Assembly (NCBI GenBank): GCA_017499595.2
Contig: CM039008.1
Coordinates: forward strand, 1,922,001-1,986,000
Length of the DNA stretch: 64,000 nucleotides
Direction of reading: 5' to 3'
From: Psilocybe cubensis
Taxonomy: Eukaryota
This document shows positions 13,923-25,827 of the stretch, piece by piece (position 1 is the stretch's first letter; each line of letters starts with the position of its first letter). Position numbers and translations under genes: made by a program. The notes under the pieces were generated by a model. The model was not told where the DNA came from. It searched no databases and saw nothing but the letters and a program-made list of their open reading frames with translations.

Positions 13923-14052
13923 TTCTGTATAAGCGTACACCCCGCGTTCGAGACAGCGCCGGGACGGTCGTTTTTTGCCTGATTAATTTCTGTATCAGCG
14001 TACACCCCGCGTTCGAGACAGCGCCGGGACGTTCAATTTTTAACTGATTAAT
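13923..14052. repeat. Subterminal tandem duplication, 2 x 65 bp
   Basis: Core AGCGTACACCCCGCGTTCGAGACAGCGCCGGGACG is identical in both copies; each copy ends CTGATTAAT. Confidence 0.9.
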
Positions 14053-14389
14053 ACTGGATCCTGAAAACCTCTTGGGTACTCGCAAGAATCACATATTGTA
14101 CAGTCGTTTAGTCGAGTGGGTATCGTGTCATGTATCGTTGTATGAAGTTGGCAAGGTGAGAGATCGACTCCCCAACGTTCATATTTTTCTGCCGCGTGGG
14201 TTTAGTTTCGACGCTAACTTGATGTTTCGGAGTCCGTATTGTAAATTCTTATGATACTGTCCTTCATGTAAATTCAAAGAACCTTAAATAGAATTTGTAT
14301 GATTGTATTATAAAGATGACATTTGTAAAATAGAGCAGCTAATAGAAGTATACTACCCGGCCGCTATATGATTTTGGCTGCGCAGCATT

Positions 14390-16785
14390 TTAGCTATCAT
14401 CTTCCGCATATACCCAGAACTTCGAACTCTTGACAGGTTTACCGTTTCGGGTGAGGACAACCGAAGTTGTTGGCATCGGCGGCAATCTTTTTCGAAAGGT
14501 GATAAACAAATATAAGCAAAAGTCTAAAAATTTCAATGTAAAGACTTACTTTGCTTGCGCAGGAGCAGCAGTAGGAGCGGTGCTTCGTGTCAGTCGTTGG
14601 GTTTGAGGAGGTGCAGATGTCGGTGGTGGTGCAGATGTTGGTTGAGGTGCAGATGTCGGTGGAGGTGCAGATGTTTGAGTCGTACTTCTATCAGTAGTTG
14701 AACTTGATTGAGTACAACCGTAGCAGTAATATGGTCAGTTAGAAATTCAAGTTGGTTTTTAATAATGTGTACTCACCTAGTATTGGCCTTTCGCTTTTTG
14801 GAGGAAATCTTTGATTTTGAATCCCTTTTACGCTTTGAAGACGTTTTCGAGACAGCCTCAATCGCTGTGGTTACTCCCATTGTGTTTCTCGAAATTGTAT
14901 TTGGCGTGTTTGTTACCAACGTAGGTGTAGAGGCGGCGTTTGTTGGGTTTGTTACTGCGACAGATGGGTGGTTGGTACGAGGCGGCAAACCAACAGGTGG
15001 ACTTATCGATGTCGGGGTAGAGGTATTCTCCAATGGGGATACCACTTTTTCAACCATAGGGCGGTTAGTCCCGTGTTCCAGATTTGCTTTAGGAGACTGT
15101 GTTGCGGAAACACAAGCAGAAGGAGATGGTGGCACAGAACGAGGAATGGACGGAGATGGTGGCACTGAGGGAGGAGCAGCTGGAGACGGTGGTGGTGAAG
15201 GTTGTGGTGAGTTTTCTCCATTACTGCCTTCATTTCCGGAAACATTGTCGTCGTCGGCTTCCAACGTATACGGCCAGTCTTCCGGAAAGGGATTATGCCC
15301 CTTCAAATGGCTTTGTGAGTCCACGTCAACCAAATCTTCATTTTCAGCTGTAGGAGACAGTTGGGCTGGAGAAACCTGACGTAAAGTAGGAACCGCATTC
15401 CTTCGTTTTCTAGATTTCTTTTTTTGGGTGCGAGCTACTGATTCAGACACAGGCATGTTTTCAGATCCAATAATTGGAATGGCCTGAATTGATTCGTCTT
15501 CATTTCTGAAGGCTTCGGATCTAGCCATCGGAAGGTGCTCTTGATCTTGTGGCAATGCCCACTCTTTATATTGAGTTTTTGCTTTAAAATACTTCAGCAG
15601 TGTTGAAAATAAAATACAACATATAACTTACAGTAGCATTTGCGAAGAAAATCACCGAAGATCGGAATAATAATGGTCTTGTACCTGAATCGCTCTGCAC
15701 GACCAAAATTCATCTGAATATCTCCACAAGTAACTCCTGAATGAACGCTATTCACGTTGAATGGAAGAAATAAGAACACGGACTAGTATAACAAAAATCA
15801 CGAACCTGATAGTGCCCAACATCCCCCCATTTGCAGGTTCAGGCCCACCGGCCACAAATGTGCACTTCCACCCTGTAATATGGCAGAGCGAATCAAGGAT
15901 AGTGGTCATAAAAGGTCCAATTCCTTCAATAGCACTAATTAAGAATTAGTATACCGTTAGAAACCATAGGAATTCAAAAAAGAAAAACAAAATAGCCGCA
16001 CCGTTGACGTTGTTCCGGAGTCAATGATTCCCCACTAATATCTATGTCGGCGTTGTATTTTGCCATTGCATCACTATGCTCATCTGATGCTATCTTTGTC
16101 CATTTTCTCTTCTCTTCGGAAGTCAACTCCTGGAAAAGTCGCCTTGCAATCTCGTCCCGGGTCTTGGCTAGCAACTTCACTGGAACAAGTGGGTCCATCG
16201 ATTCAATTTCTGCCTCAATGGCATCGCGATTGGCCTTTTCCTTTCTCCACGTGTTCACCGGGGTCTTCAACCGTGGGCGATTAGGTTCTTTTCCCACTAG
16301 TTGTTGGAGGAGAAGTGTGAAGAGATTTTGGGCATCGTTGTTTGCCGATGACGCTTTGGGAGTCTTGTGATCATGTTTATATTGATATTTAAACCAACGC
16401 TTAATTTTCTGTAAATGAAAAGACGTGTTGTGACGTCAGCCTGTCAATCCCAAAATGGCCAGGCACTCACGCCACGAAAGGTCTGGAGACGATGTTGTCT
16501 CTCTTTCTTCTGCTTGCCTAAGATCTCCTGTTCTTCCGGTGAAAGGGTTTCAGGATCGCATTCCGGAATTTCTTCCTCTGCTTCATCGTCTTTAACAGCA
16601 GCTAACTCATCTTCAGTAGGTTCCCAGCTCTCTGGCTTATCCAGAGGAAATCTCTTCAAAAATCGTCGACTTATATCAGCTAGTGTTTCGGAAACTAGCT
16701 GTTGTTCGACAGCCCTTGCATATAGCGGCTTTTGTTCTAGTAGAAAAGCCTTTCGAAGGCCTTGAAAACCACCAGGATTGGGCAT
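14390..16785 (-). CDS. KDZ cargo gene A: divergent HMG-box-like region, conserved globular segment and Pro/Ser/Thr-rich tail (7 exons)
   Basis: The spliced frame is open from MPNPGGFQGLRKAFL through KIKRWFKYQY, RRLFQELTSEEKRKW (HMG-like), TGWKCTFVAGGPEPANGG and IFGDFLRKCY, four TSAP-repeat units at ~14610-14675, to ...FWVYAEDDS* at 14390. Confidence 0.75.
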
Positions 16786-17103
16786 TGAAGTCTACAATGG
16801 TAATCTGGTGAGTTCTTTATGCAGGTTGAATGAATTTTTAAGTCTCTTACCTGCTGTCGAATCGTCAGAAAGTATGATAGTGTTACGCCGGTGTAACCTT
16901 ATAATTTCAATCTCAAATGTATGTTCATTATTATCTTGGCCTTTGCAGCGGCAAAAGTATGAAGCACAATACCCGCTATTACCAGCCTATCAGCGACAAG
17001 AACTCTTCCGATGTCCATCCTTTTTTAACCCCCGACTCCGGAAGTCAACGTGTTCTGGACAGTCATTGTGTCCTTTCCTTGTTCATCCACCTTCGCTTCT
17101 AGA

Positions 17104-18090
17104 ATGAATCCAGAACTGGCCTTTCACAGGCAGTCTCACAATCCTGGATATCTTCAGTTTCTCAATGACCTGCCAAATGTCTTTATTTTCATTGTAAGAG
17201 CTCCGCTGCATGTCATTATCAACGAATATCGGTAAGTTTTATTGTTTGTTATTGTTGTATGTAGCTAAATTTTCTGTCGGAATACAGTTCCATTGGCGTT
17301 GACAGCCTTCTACCTCTTGCGGAAAGAGACCTTGAAGAGTTCTTGCTATCCCGCCAAGATTCGGGGGATGTGCATTTCATTCACCCCCCTCATCCTGATC
17401 TTTCTGGGCCTCCAAGGCGCATTACTCCTGTTCTAGTGGTTGTTCGAGGCCCAATTGATAATATGTTGAGGAGGTCTACGTGAGTCTCAGACATTTTCAT
17501 GCCCTGTATCTTTTTCTTATGCTTGCTTTCTTAGTGATTTCATGGTTGAACACGTCCTCAGTGTGCCAAAGGATGTTCTCAACAATTTTCTTGATGAACA
17601 TCGAAAGACAGGTGCACTGCAGCTTGTGCCCGCACAGTCTTGGTCTGCAGACTATGAATCTGCGCCTTCAACCCGCCTTCGACGCCTTCCCGACACCGTT
17701 TACGTCCGATGGCCTTATTTTGGGAGGCTTTCAGCTGCATCAACAAGAATTCGTGTAGGACGAAATCCACGGCAACAAGCTGCAGGGAGCATTGACGCTG
17801 ACGGTGTTGCCATTGTCCGCTCATCTACCCATGGACAACACGCCAACGCTGCTCTCAACTCCGACAACGACAACGACATTGGCAACACTAGCAGTGATTC
17901 CTCAGATCTGCGTGAATCAATCAGTGTTCAGCCTCGCCGAGCTTCTGCACGTCTCAAAGCGTCTACGACAGCATCTACGACAGCATCTACGTCAGCTACC
18001 TCAGACACCCGAAGATCCCAACGCCTTGAAAATCTAAGGTTGGTTTCATCGTGCCCTAATTGCAAGGGGAAGAAGGCCCATCGGCATTAA
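17104..18090 (+). CDS. KDZ cargo gene B: unassigned ~291-aa protein, 3 exons (17104-17231, 17288-17479, 17535-18090)
   Basis: Two canonical GT-AG introns join into one open frame MNPELAFHRQ...SIGVDSLLPLAERDLEEFL...DFMVEHVLSVP...SSCPNCKGKKAHRH*. Confidence 0.65.
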
Positions 18091-18266
18091 ATATCTACGT
18101 ATTTAGCTACAATGTGGTAGTACAGTTTCTTAAAATTTAACTTCTCTCTTTTGCTCATTATAAGATTATGTGCAGTTAGTTTAAAAGGTGTAATAAAATT
18201 GAAAAATGTTGCAACTACTATATTAAACAAGCTACATGTTGAGCTTCTAGATACCATCGTGGAAGT

Positions 18267-18768
18267 TCAGTTGGTAGAGAACAACTTGAATAAGTGTCGT
18301 TCAAATACCTTTATTCTTTCCTCTAATTTTTTATCTTTCTCTAATTTATTCTTGCGAAAGAAGCTATAAAGTCGGAGGTTAAGCATAATCTCAAGGTATC
18401 CACAAAGTATTGCCTACCGGAGGAATCGAGCCCTATTATTGATTCTGTTTCGATGTTTTTCACGATAACGCTTCTGAGCTTCACGGTGTTTCTCTCTAGC
18501 CACGGAAAGTTCTTCTTTAGACATCCGATCTCTTGAATCATTGATTAGATTGACTTTTAACATATATTTTTAGACGCTTACCTCTGTCGTCTCTTCCTTT
18601 CACGCCCTTTTCTCTTTTCTTCTTCGTGGTTTCTGTTGTCGAGAACGGTGAAGTTTAGTAGCGGTCAAGTGAGGTGAATACATACAGATAATAAAGATTT
18701 TTGCGTCTATTTAACTGATAGTCACGGTCAGGATTGGATTTGAAGTAAAGATGTTTTCGGGGTGCCAT
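18267..18768 (-). CDS. KDZ cargo gene C: small, highly basic alpha-helical protein (~115 aa, 4 exons)
   Basis: Spliced product MAPRKHLYFKSNPDRDYQLNRRKNLYYLNHEEEKRKGRERKRRQRDRMSKEELSVAREKHREAQKRYREKHRNRINNRARFLRFFRKNKLEK...; all introns are GT-AG and about 50 nt. Confidence 0.65.
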
Positions 18769-19536
18769 GATGAGGTGAAGGATAGAACCAGTAATGATCG
18801 ACAAAGGCTGATTGAAAATTTGCCAAGGTAGAAAATGCGGAATATTATTGGTTTCTAAATATAGACGGGAAGACAAGAATGGAAATAGGCATTGGGACTC
18901 GAGTTTTCGAATTTTGAGGTTGCAATATATAGTGCAACAGAGGGTACCATCTATATATAAATGTAGATACATGACCTAGAAGGTCTATAGAGCTGAAATG
19001 TCATTGAAATTAGTACCAGAGGTCTCTGGTTAAAAGTGGGATTGTTGCACGTTTTTGGGCGGAAGACCAACACAGTATTGATGCATATTGATGGGTCAGT
19101 TTATGGCAACATTTGAGTACATCAACTTAACACATATGAGCAGTCCAAAAAGTTTGACAATATATCATTCAGGCTAATTATACCTTCAAATATATGTCTT
19201 TATTATGCCGACAGGTTTCAAATTGGTCTTTCTATCGACTAATCTTTGTTGCATGAGTGGCACGGGCTTTTCCGAGAATCACCGCACAATATCAGACCTT
19301 TTCATGTAACACTCGCGAAATACGGGCATCGATACAAAATTTTTGTGATATACATATAGTAGATGACCAGCTCTATCTATTTGTCAAGTTATTGTATAGA
19401 AAAACACAATTTTCAGTGTCCTATTAGCTTTGCATCATGGCATGATTGGCGAGAATCACTGCAATTGAAATCAAGAACATGAATATTGTACATATTTTAA
19501 ACAGCATATCAAATAACTACCAAGACATTGTATCGA

Positions 19537-21165
19537 CTACTCCCGGAGAACAACTGGTATCAAGTTCACACCTTTAATCCACCTTAAAGACTCTTCTTGA
19601 GCATACGCAGCTAAGCCGTCAGGACTGAGGGTTGCGAGGTATTTTGCCTTTGTCTGGCATTTGTGGGCAACCCAACGAAAAATCCCGCCCGCAGTGTATT
19701 GAGTAAACGAATATCGTCTCTCGTTGGAAGAAATGGGGACGTTGGAGTGGGAAATGAGGGCGGAGGGAAGCAGAATGGTAGAGCCGGGGGGGAACTCGAT
19801 GACTAGTCCTAATTCCCAGAGAATGAGATGCCCCCCTTGTGTTGGATCGAAATTGCCAAGCGCGGTGACAGCACAGTATCCGTAGGGAAGATTAGAGAAG
19901 TCCTTGTGTCTATGGCAGACTGTACAAGGTCCCAGGTTGTAGGTGGCGGCTGAAAAAATGCTGGAAGGGAAGACATGTTTCAAGCCGGGGTCTTTGTGAA
20001 GTTCCTTCAAGTTGGATGCGTAGGCGTCAAATAAATCTTTAGCCCAGGTGTGCATAGCACCTGTGGAATCATGATAATTGGTTAGCAGTGTTTTTACTGT
20101 AGAGGACGGATACGCACCTGAGGCAAAGCCGGCCAACCTTTTGAACGGCTCCAAGCCATTGAGCCAGTCCAGCAACACCTGGTTCACCTTGTTGTTGCGA
20201 AGATTTGATGGCGAGGTTTGTCCACCGCCAAAAGAAACACCGCAGTGAAGGGAATCGAAAGATCCACGACGATTTGGTTTCTTCGGCGGGATAATGCGCG
20301 TTCGTGCTATTTCAAGGGCATCTACAGCAAGACCCATCAGATTATGCCATTGTCCGTCGTCTGGGTGTCCTGCAAGAATAAGAATGGCGCGGCCAGATGA
20401 GTCGGAGACAAACATTGGCTTCCTATGATATGAAACGCGAGTTTAGTGCATGAAAAAGTGAGATTGTACATGTACATACTTTCCATCCCACTTCACAAGT
20501 TTGAACTTATGCTCTGAAGTAGGACCCGTAAGCTCCTCCAGAGTATACATCCTCGACGACTTGGAACGGTCGTTAATGCCAATAAACCCGGTACGAGCAG
20601 CACGTCCTTTCTCCGTAACAAATGTGCTGCTGATTCGTTGCGCACTTTTGACATACTTCCGATGGGAAGATTCGCGAGGCACTGAGTCAACGACTGAGCC
20701 TTTAGTTTGCTCACGTCGATGAGCTCATGCTGCATTTGCGGAGGCATGTTGTCGGGCAGCTCGATGAGGCGGCTTTGCTTTTTTGCGGGGCTTCAGCTTC
20801 GGGTCCGCCGTTGTGGTGACCATGTGGAGAGATGGGGCCAACACCATCTCTTCAGAAGGAATGGTGCACTGCGAAAACGGCGGGCTTGATGAATACGATG
20901 TCGAGATATGCAGGGGAAAAATTGGAGGTGGAAGCAGCATGTCGTGTGCATGATCGTGAGTAGGAGACGGATCCTGACACTTGAGCGAGGGGGTACCGTG
21001 TTCTGGGAGTGAGATCTTGGCTGAAATGACAGGAGATGCAGGAGGAGATGGCTCTGGGGATGTGAGCGGTGATAAACTGAACAGACCATCAGTCTGACCA
21101 CACAGATCAGTCCATTCTTCCAAAGCTACGTCGATGGAGAAATCGGTGCGCAACGTGGGCGGCAT
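19537..21165 (-). pseudogene. TET/JBP-family 2OG-Fe(II) nucleobase dioxygenase with one in-frame TGA upstream of the catalytic domain
   Basis: Catalytic motifs GVSFGGGQ, HKD (HxD), EFPPGSTILLPSALISHSN (distal His) and RYSFTQY (2OG Arg) are intact. The frame from MPPTLRTDF (21165) reads ANAA*AHRREQ... with TGA at 20725-20727; two introns. Confidence 0.85.
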
Positions 21166-21623
21166 TTCGAGAAAGAAAGTCGTTCTTTTTGAAGACAAAG
21201 CAATGATATTAGCAATGGGCAGGCAAACGGGCAATAGATGGGATGGCGAGTTACCACTGGTGGCTCAGTGTATGTCCGGGCTCGAATATTCCTAAGCCAC
21301 CGAGTGGTGAATATTGAATAGTGATAGGATGGTGGGGGTTAGGAAGCGGAGTGCGTACTTAGTTGAGTTTTATAGCTTGTGTTTGGTTGACAGGTAAGTT
21401 GAAGTGCCATTGATTTAGGGTCCATATTCAAATTGTTGATTTGGGGCACGCGTTTACGCGTTCAACCACGTGACTTATTCGTCTTTCTGCGAATGTCCTG
21501 CTTGGCCCATTTGATTTGCTTAATTACTTCGAAGTCAAAAAGCTTAAAGGTGCTTTTAATCGTCTCGTTGACAAAATCACGCAAATCGCCCAGCTTCTCG
21601 ACAACTCTCATTAATATTTATAC

Positions 21624-24600
21624 ATGACAAATGCACTGAAAAGACGCCGAATTGGGGCCTCAAGCTCAACAGAGACATATAGGGATGCTATTCCTTTGCC
21701 CGACAGTTTTGCAACAATCCGTTCCAGTGAAGGCACGGCGGAGGGTAGAGTCAATTATTCTACTATTCTTTCCGCTGGAGCGTGGGACGAGGCTACATCT
21801 TGGATACCTCAAGACGACAATATGTATTCCTTGATGCCGGATAGTACTGGTTTCGACCTTGCTGTAGAAGGCGACTTTATGGATGGAGAGGACGATGACA
21901 TTGTGGTGCCTAATGCAGAGGGCGAACAACAACAAGACGAAATCCAGTCCATACCAATAACACCCGCTGTGCCCGGTGTCAAGGCAAAACAAAGTTTGGT
22001 ATCAGTGAGTCGAACAATACATTATAATTTTTTTGGATTATTACTTACCGTTTCACGCTACTTTAGAAACGCCCGAATGTTGTCTGGTGCTCATTGTATC
22101 GACAGACATACCTAGAGGAACTTATTCGGTGGTCTGGCCGGGGCGATTTTCGACATCTTCAATCTTGTCCCGATTGCGTTGCTCGAGGGGTGGAAACTTT
22201 AGGCCGAGCAGAGTATAGGTGTAGGGAATGCTTCTCTCCAGACCTGACGTGTAACAGTTGTTGTATTAAAAGACATAGACTTCACCCGTTTCATCGTATT
22301 GAGGTATGTACTCAGGTTTAACGGCCCAATTTCTGATTTTGACTTAAATTGTTTTAGCAATGGAACGGCTCAAGTTTTGTAGACGTTACGCTGAAGGAGC
22401 TAGGTCTGATCATCCAGTTGAACCATGCTGGTGCTTACTGCGATAACCCAATTCCGTGTCATTCAAAAATGTTGATTCTGCATACGAACGGCATCCATTC
22501 GTGCAACATTCAGTACTGCGGCTGCTCAAGGGCTATTCCTCCACACCTCCAGCTTCTTCGTCGGCGTATATACCCAGCAACCCAGCTAGCTATGAAGAGT
22601 TGTGCAACATTTGAACTCCTTCGACATTTACATCGACTTGCCCTCACAACAAAGGCCTCTACCTACGACTTCTATCGATGTCTTGAAAAGTCGACTACAA
22701 ACCTTGGTATTGATGTACCAAAGTCACGATACAGGGCTCTCATGAGGATGGTTCTCCAGTGGCGGCATTTACAGATGCTGAAGTGGGCAGGCCGAGGACA
22801 CGATGAACGGGGAGCGGCAGGTACTTTACCTGGAGAATTAATGGTCAAATGTCCATCTTGTCCGCACCCTGGCATCAATCTGCCAGATAACTGGCGGGAT
22901 GCTCCTGATAATATGAAGTAAGCGGACTAGTCTATAATCAATACTATTACTGACTTCAGATAGGTTTTTGTATGCGGTCATGATTTGCCTAGATGCAAAC
23001 TTCAGATTAAAAAATCAAATGGTTTCAAATTACTCCCAGGATCCAGGGCTGGGCTTGGGTCTGGCGTACATGATCCACCGAACAAAGTATGAGGCGTACG
23101 TCAAAAGTAAAGCAAACGAAAACGATGTATGTGAAATTTGTTTGTTACCCCTTTTCAAGTCAAAACTGATAGGTGGAGGTAGATAAGCACCTGCGTAGGT
23201 TTTCAGGCACTTGCTAAGGCAAACAGCAAGTTTTCGAAGGGCCTGAGATATACCGGAGTGGGAATGGGTGTGTGCGGCAGATCAGAAATGATTTTAGGAG
23301 TTGGAAATCTTCATAAGGATGAACGGTGAGTTAAAACCTTTAACGACTACAGATTACCTGACTTATCTATAATGATAGCTATGCCAACATGGACTATATT
23401 TTTGGGACGATTTTAAAGGCCCTCACTGTCGTCTCCGTTCTTGCCAGTTATGACATTGCCTGCCAATGGTTCCTCAACCTTCTTAGGAGAATGCAGGAAG
23501 ACTGGCCGCCTGAAATCAAACCATCGTCGGACATGAGGTTTACTCCCGCAATCCCGAAACTTCATGCTTCTATGCACAAACAGTCTCATGCTAACCACGA
23601 TGTCTACTCGTTGAACCTCATTCCTGGGGCTGGTCAATCTGATGGAGAATGCCCTGAACGTGTGTGGGGCCCGCACAACCCTGTTGGAAATGCCACAAAA
23701 ACCATGGGCCCTGGTGCCAGACAAGACACTCTCGACGACCATTTTGGCTTCTGGAATTGGTTAAAGTACACGTCTATGCGTATCACTCTACTTAAGAGAT
23801 ATCGACGGGCAGTCGCGGATCGAAATGCTCAGGTTGAAGGACATCGTGGTCTGACCGAATCTGTCAAAAAGGAAAATCCGCAGCTGATCGATGTTTGGGA
23901 GAAAATGTGCATTGAGTGGGAATTGGACAAGTTTCCGAAGGACAAGAAGAAAAACCCTTACTATATGCCAAGTATAAGTGAGTTCTCCACATTTTCAAAG
24001 CTCAATGACTTCACAGTAATCATGACTGGCTCAGCGTTAAGCGAAGCTCAGGTGAAGAAAGACCTTGCAGAGAAGGAAGCCAAATTTCTGGCACAGGGTG
24101 GCTCATTCCAGCATGCCACAACATCTTCGATGTTTATATCCCTTGGATTGGAGCTTGAAGAAGCCCAGTAAGTTTTTATACAGACTCCTAATAGCATAGA
24201 CTTACAATATTGGATAGACGACGTGTCAGACGTCTGGCAAAGGGGGTAGGACCTCATTCAACAATCCGGCAGGCAGGGTCTTTGACCGAACAACGAAACA
24301 TTCTCTCAACTCGTATTCGGGCATGGGAGCAGCTCTTGCCGGTCTACATACCAGGAATTGTCCAGTATCAAACAGACCATCCGATTACGACCAAGACTAG
24401 CTACGCTGAAGACGCCGTTCTCTATCTGCCCTCATCAATTCCAGAACCCTGTCGATCACGAATCTGTACCCCCGGACTTGCCAATATTGAGAAGGAGCTG
24501 CGGTTTGCCCAGATGTCAGACTCGCTGGCGTCGATTCGGCAAATTCTCATCATCAAATCGAGAATGATTGATTTCAAAAATAAAAACATTCGAGGACAGC

Positions 24601-25355
24601 GAGACGGTACACGATCGACTACAGTAATCGATCGCGTCCACGAGCGAGCACGTTTTGCGGCCTCAAAGTATCGGTCTGCACGAGCTGCACATTTGGCGTT
24701 AGCAGGAGATGGTGATTGGGAAAACACGTACCGGGTGTTGGAGGATAAGGATGTGAGGGGTTATCAGGATCCAGACCGATTACGACCTCGTGTAGGACGT
24801 CAAGGCATATACGAAGACGGGCATGAGCCATCTTTGAATGTTGAGGTTGATGAAGATGACGGTATAAACCTTGTGAATCAGCTGAGAAATAGGAGAGATG
24901 GAACAGGACAGACCAGAAGAACCCTATCATGGATATGGACAGTCACAATGGGCGTTCGAACGGAGGAGGACCACGACGACATTCTGCGAGTGGAGTGGGC
25001 GAAGAGTTGTGCTCGGGTTATGCGTGCCAAGGAGGAGGTGTTGCTTTTAAAAGAGGAAATGCGGAGAACATTAGCGTTTCTGAAGTACAAATCAGACTGG
25101 TGGGTAGAGCAACAGTCGGCACTTCCAGGTGCTCCAAAGGATTTGGTGGAAGGAATATCTGCATTTGCAATATCCCAGGCTGAGATCCAAACATCCCTCG
25201 CGAACCACTTTCGAAAGCTATGGGCGGCACCTTTCAGTGAGAATGTTGAGGAGGATGTCGACGAAGATGAGGACGAGGTAGAGGAGGTAGAGGATGTACC
25301 TCTAGATGAAGACGAGGAAGATGAATTTGAGAACGAGACAGAAGAGCCCCTGTAG
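21624..25355 (+). CDS. KDZ transposase with CxC2-type cysteine cluster, multi-exon, apparently intact
   Basis: CPDC...YRCREC...CNSCCIKRHRLHPFHRIE; HTNGIH..IQYCGC; CPSCPHPGINLP; catalytic LDANF, SYDIACQW, IPKLHASMH, DGECPERVW; RQDTLDDHFGFWNW; SWIW; RVEWAKS..EEVLLLKEEMRR; acidic tail. Confidence 0.92.
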
Positions 25356-25454
25356 TTTTACCCATGTAATTTCACTTTAGTCATCCAATAATAGTCGTTA
25401 ATTATTTATAGGACATCGACAGATGCGATCATAATTGATGGTATCAGAATGACA

Positions 25455-25827
25455 TCATGTTGGCACCCATCTATTTTAAAACTCGTCATCCGAGCGACCC
25501 CAGAGCCATCCACCCCGTCCTCCCCACATATTTGTGCGCAAACGGTGGCATTAGATAGTAGCTTTATTTATAGATAAAATTATCAGTTTTTCGTGGCCAA
25601 AACACCCATGAGAGAGTGTAAAACTGAAAAATTCTCCCTGCGGGGCCATTTGCTGCGTTGTTTGGCTTTTTGATGGCCCGGCACCCATCACTATGCCCGG
25701 CACCCATTCTGTAGCCCACATGCCCTCTGATACATCATCTTGGGCAGTTGGGACACTCCCCACCAGGATATATCATGGCACTTGGGAAACTGCCAGGGTA
25801 TGATACATAATAGTAGTCACTACAGGT
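25455..25827 (-). repeat. Right terminal inverted repeat of the KDZ element
   Basis: Reverse complement of 13442-13800 (see left TIR). Confidence 0.9.

Larger units (their letters stand above)
13442..25827. mobile_element. Complete KDZ (Kyakuja-Dileera-Zisupton)-type DNA transposon carrying TET/JBP and other cargo
   Basis: Flanked by the direct repeat GCTGCACA (13434-13441; 25828-25835); long imperfect terminal inverted repeats; internal CxC2-KDZ transposase; removing it restores a normal-sized P450 intron. Confidence 0.92.

Noticed and set aside
5079-14052. Two-copy repeats (5079-5218, 13923-14052) as CRISPR-like arrays
   Set aside because: Only two adjacent copies each, no unique spacers, eukaryotic context, no cas genes.
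20443-21234. Three separate small genes or a frameshift upstream of the TET domain
   Set aside because: ORFs 20725-21234 and 20443-20682 are in the same frame, separated by a single TGA; they are one gene.
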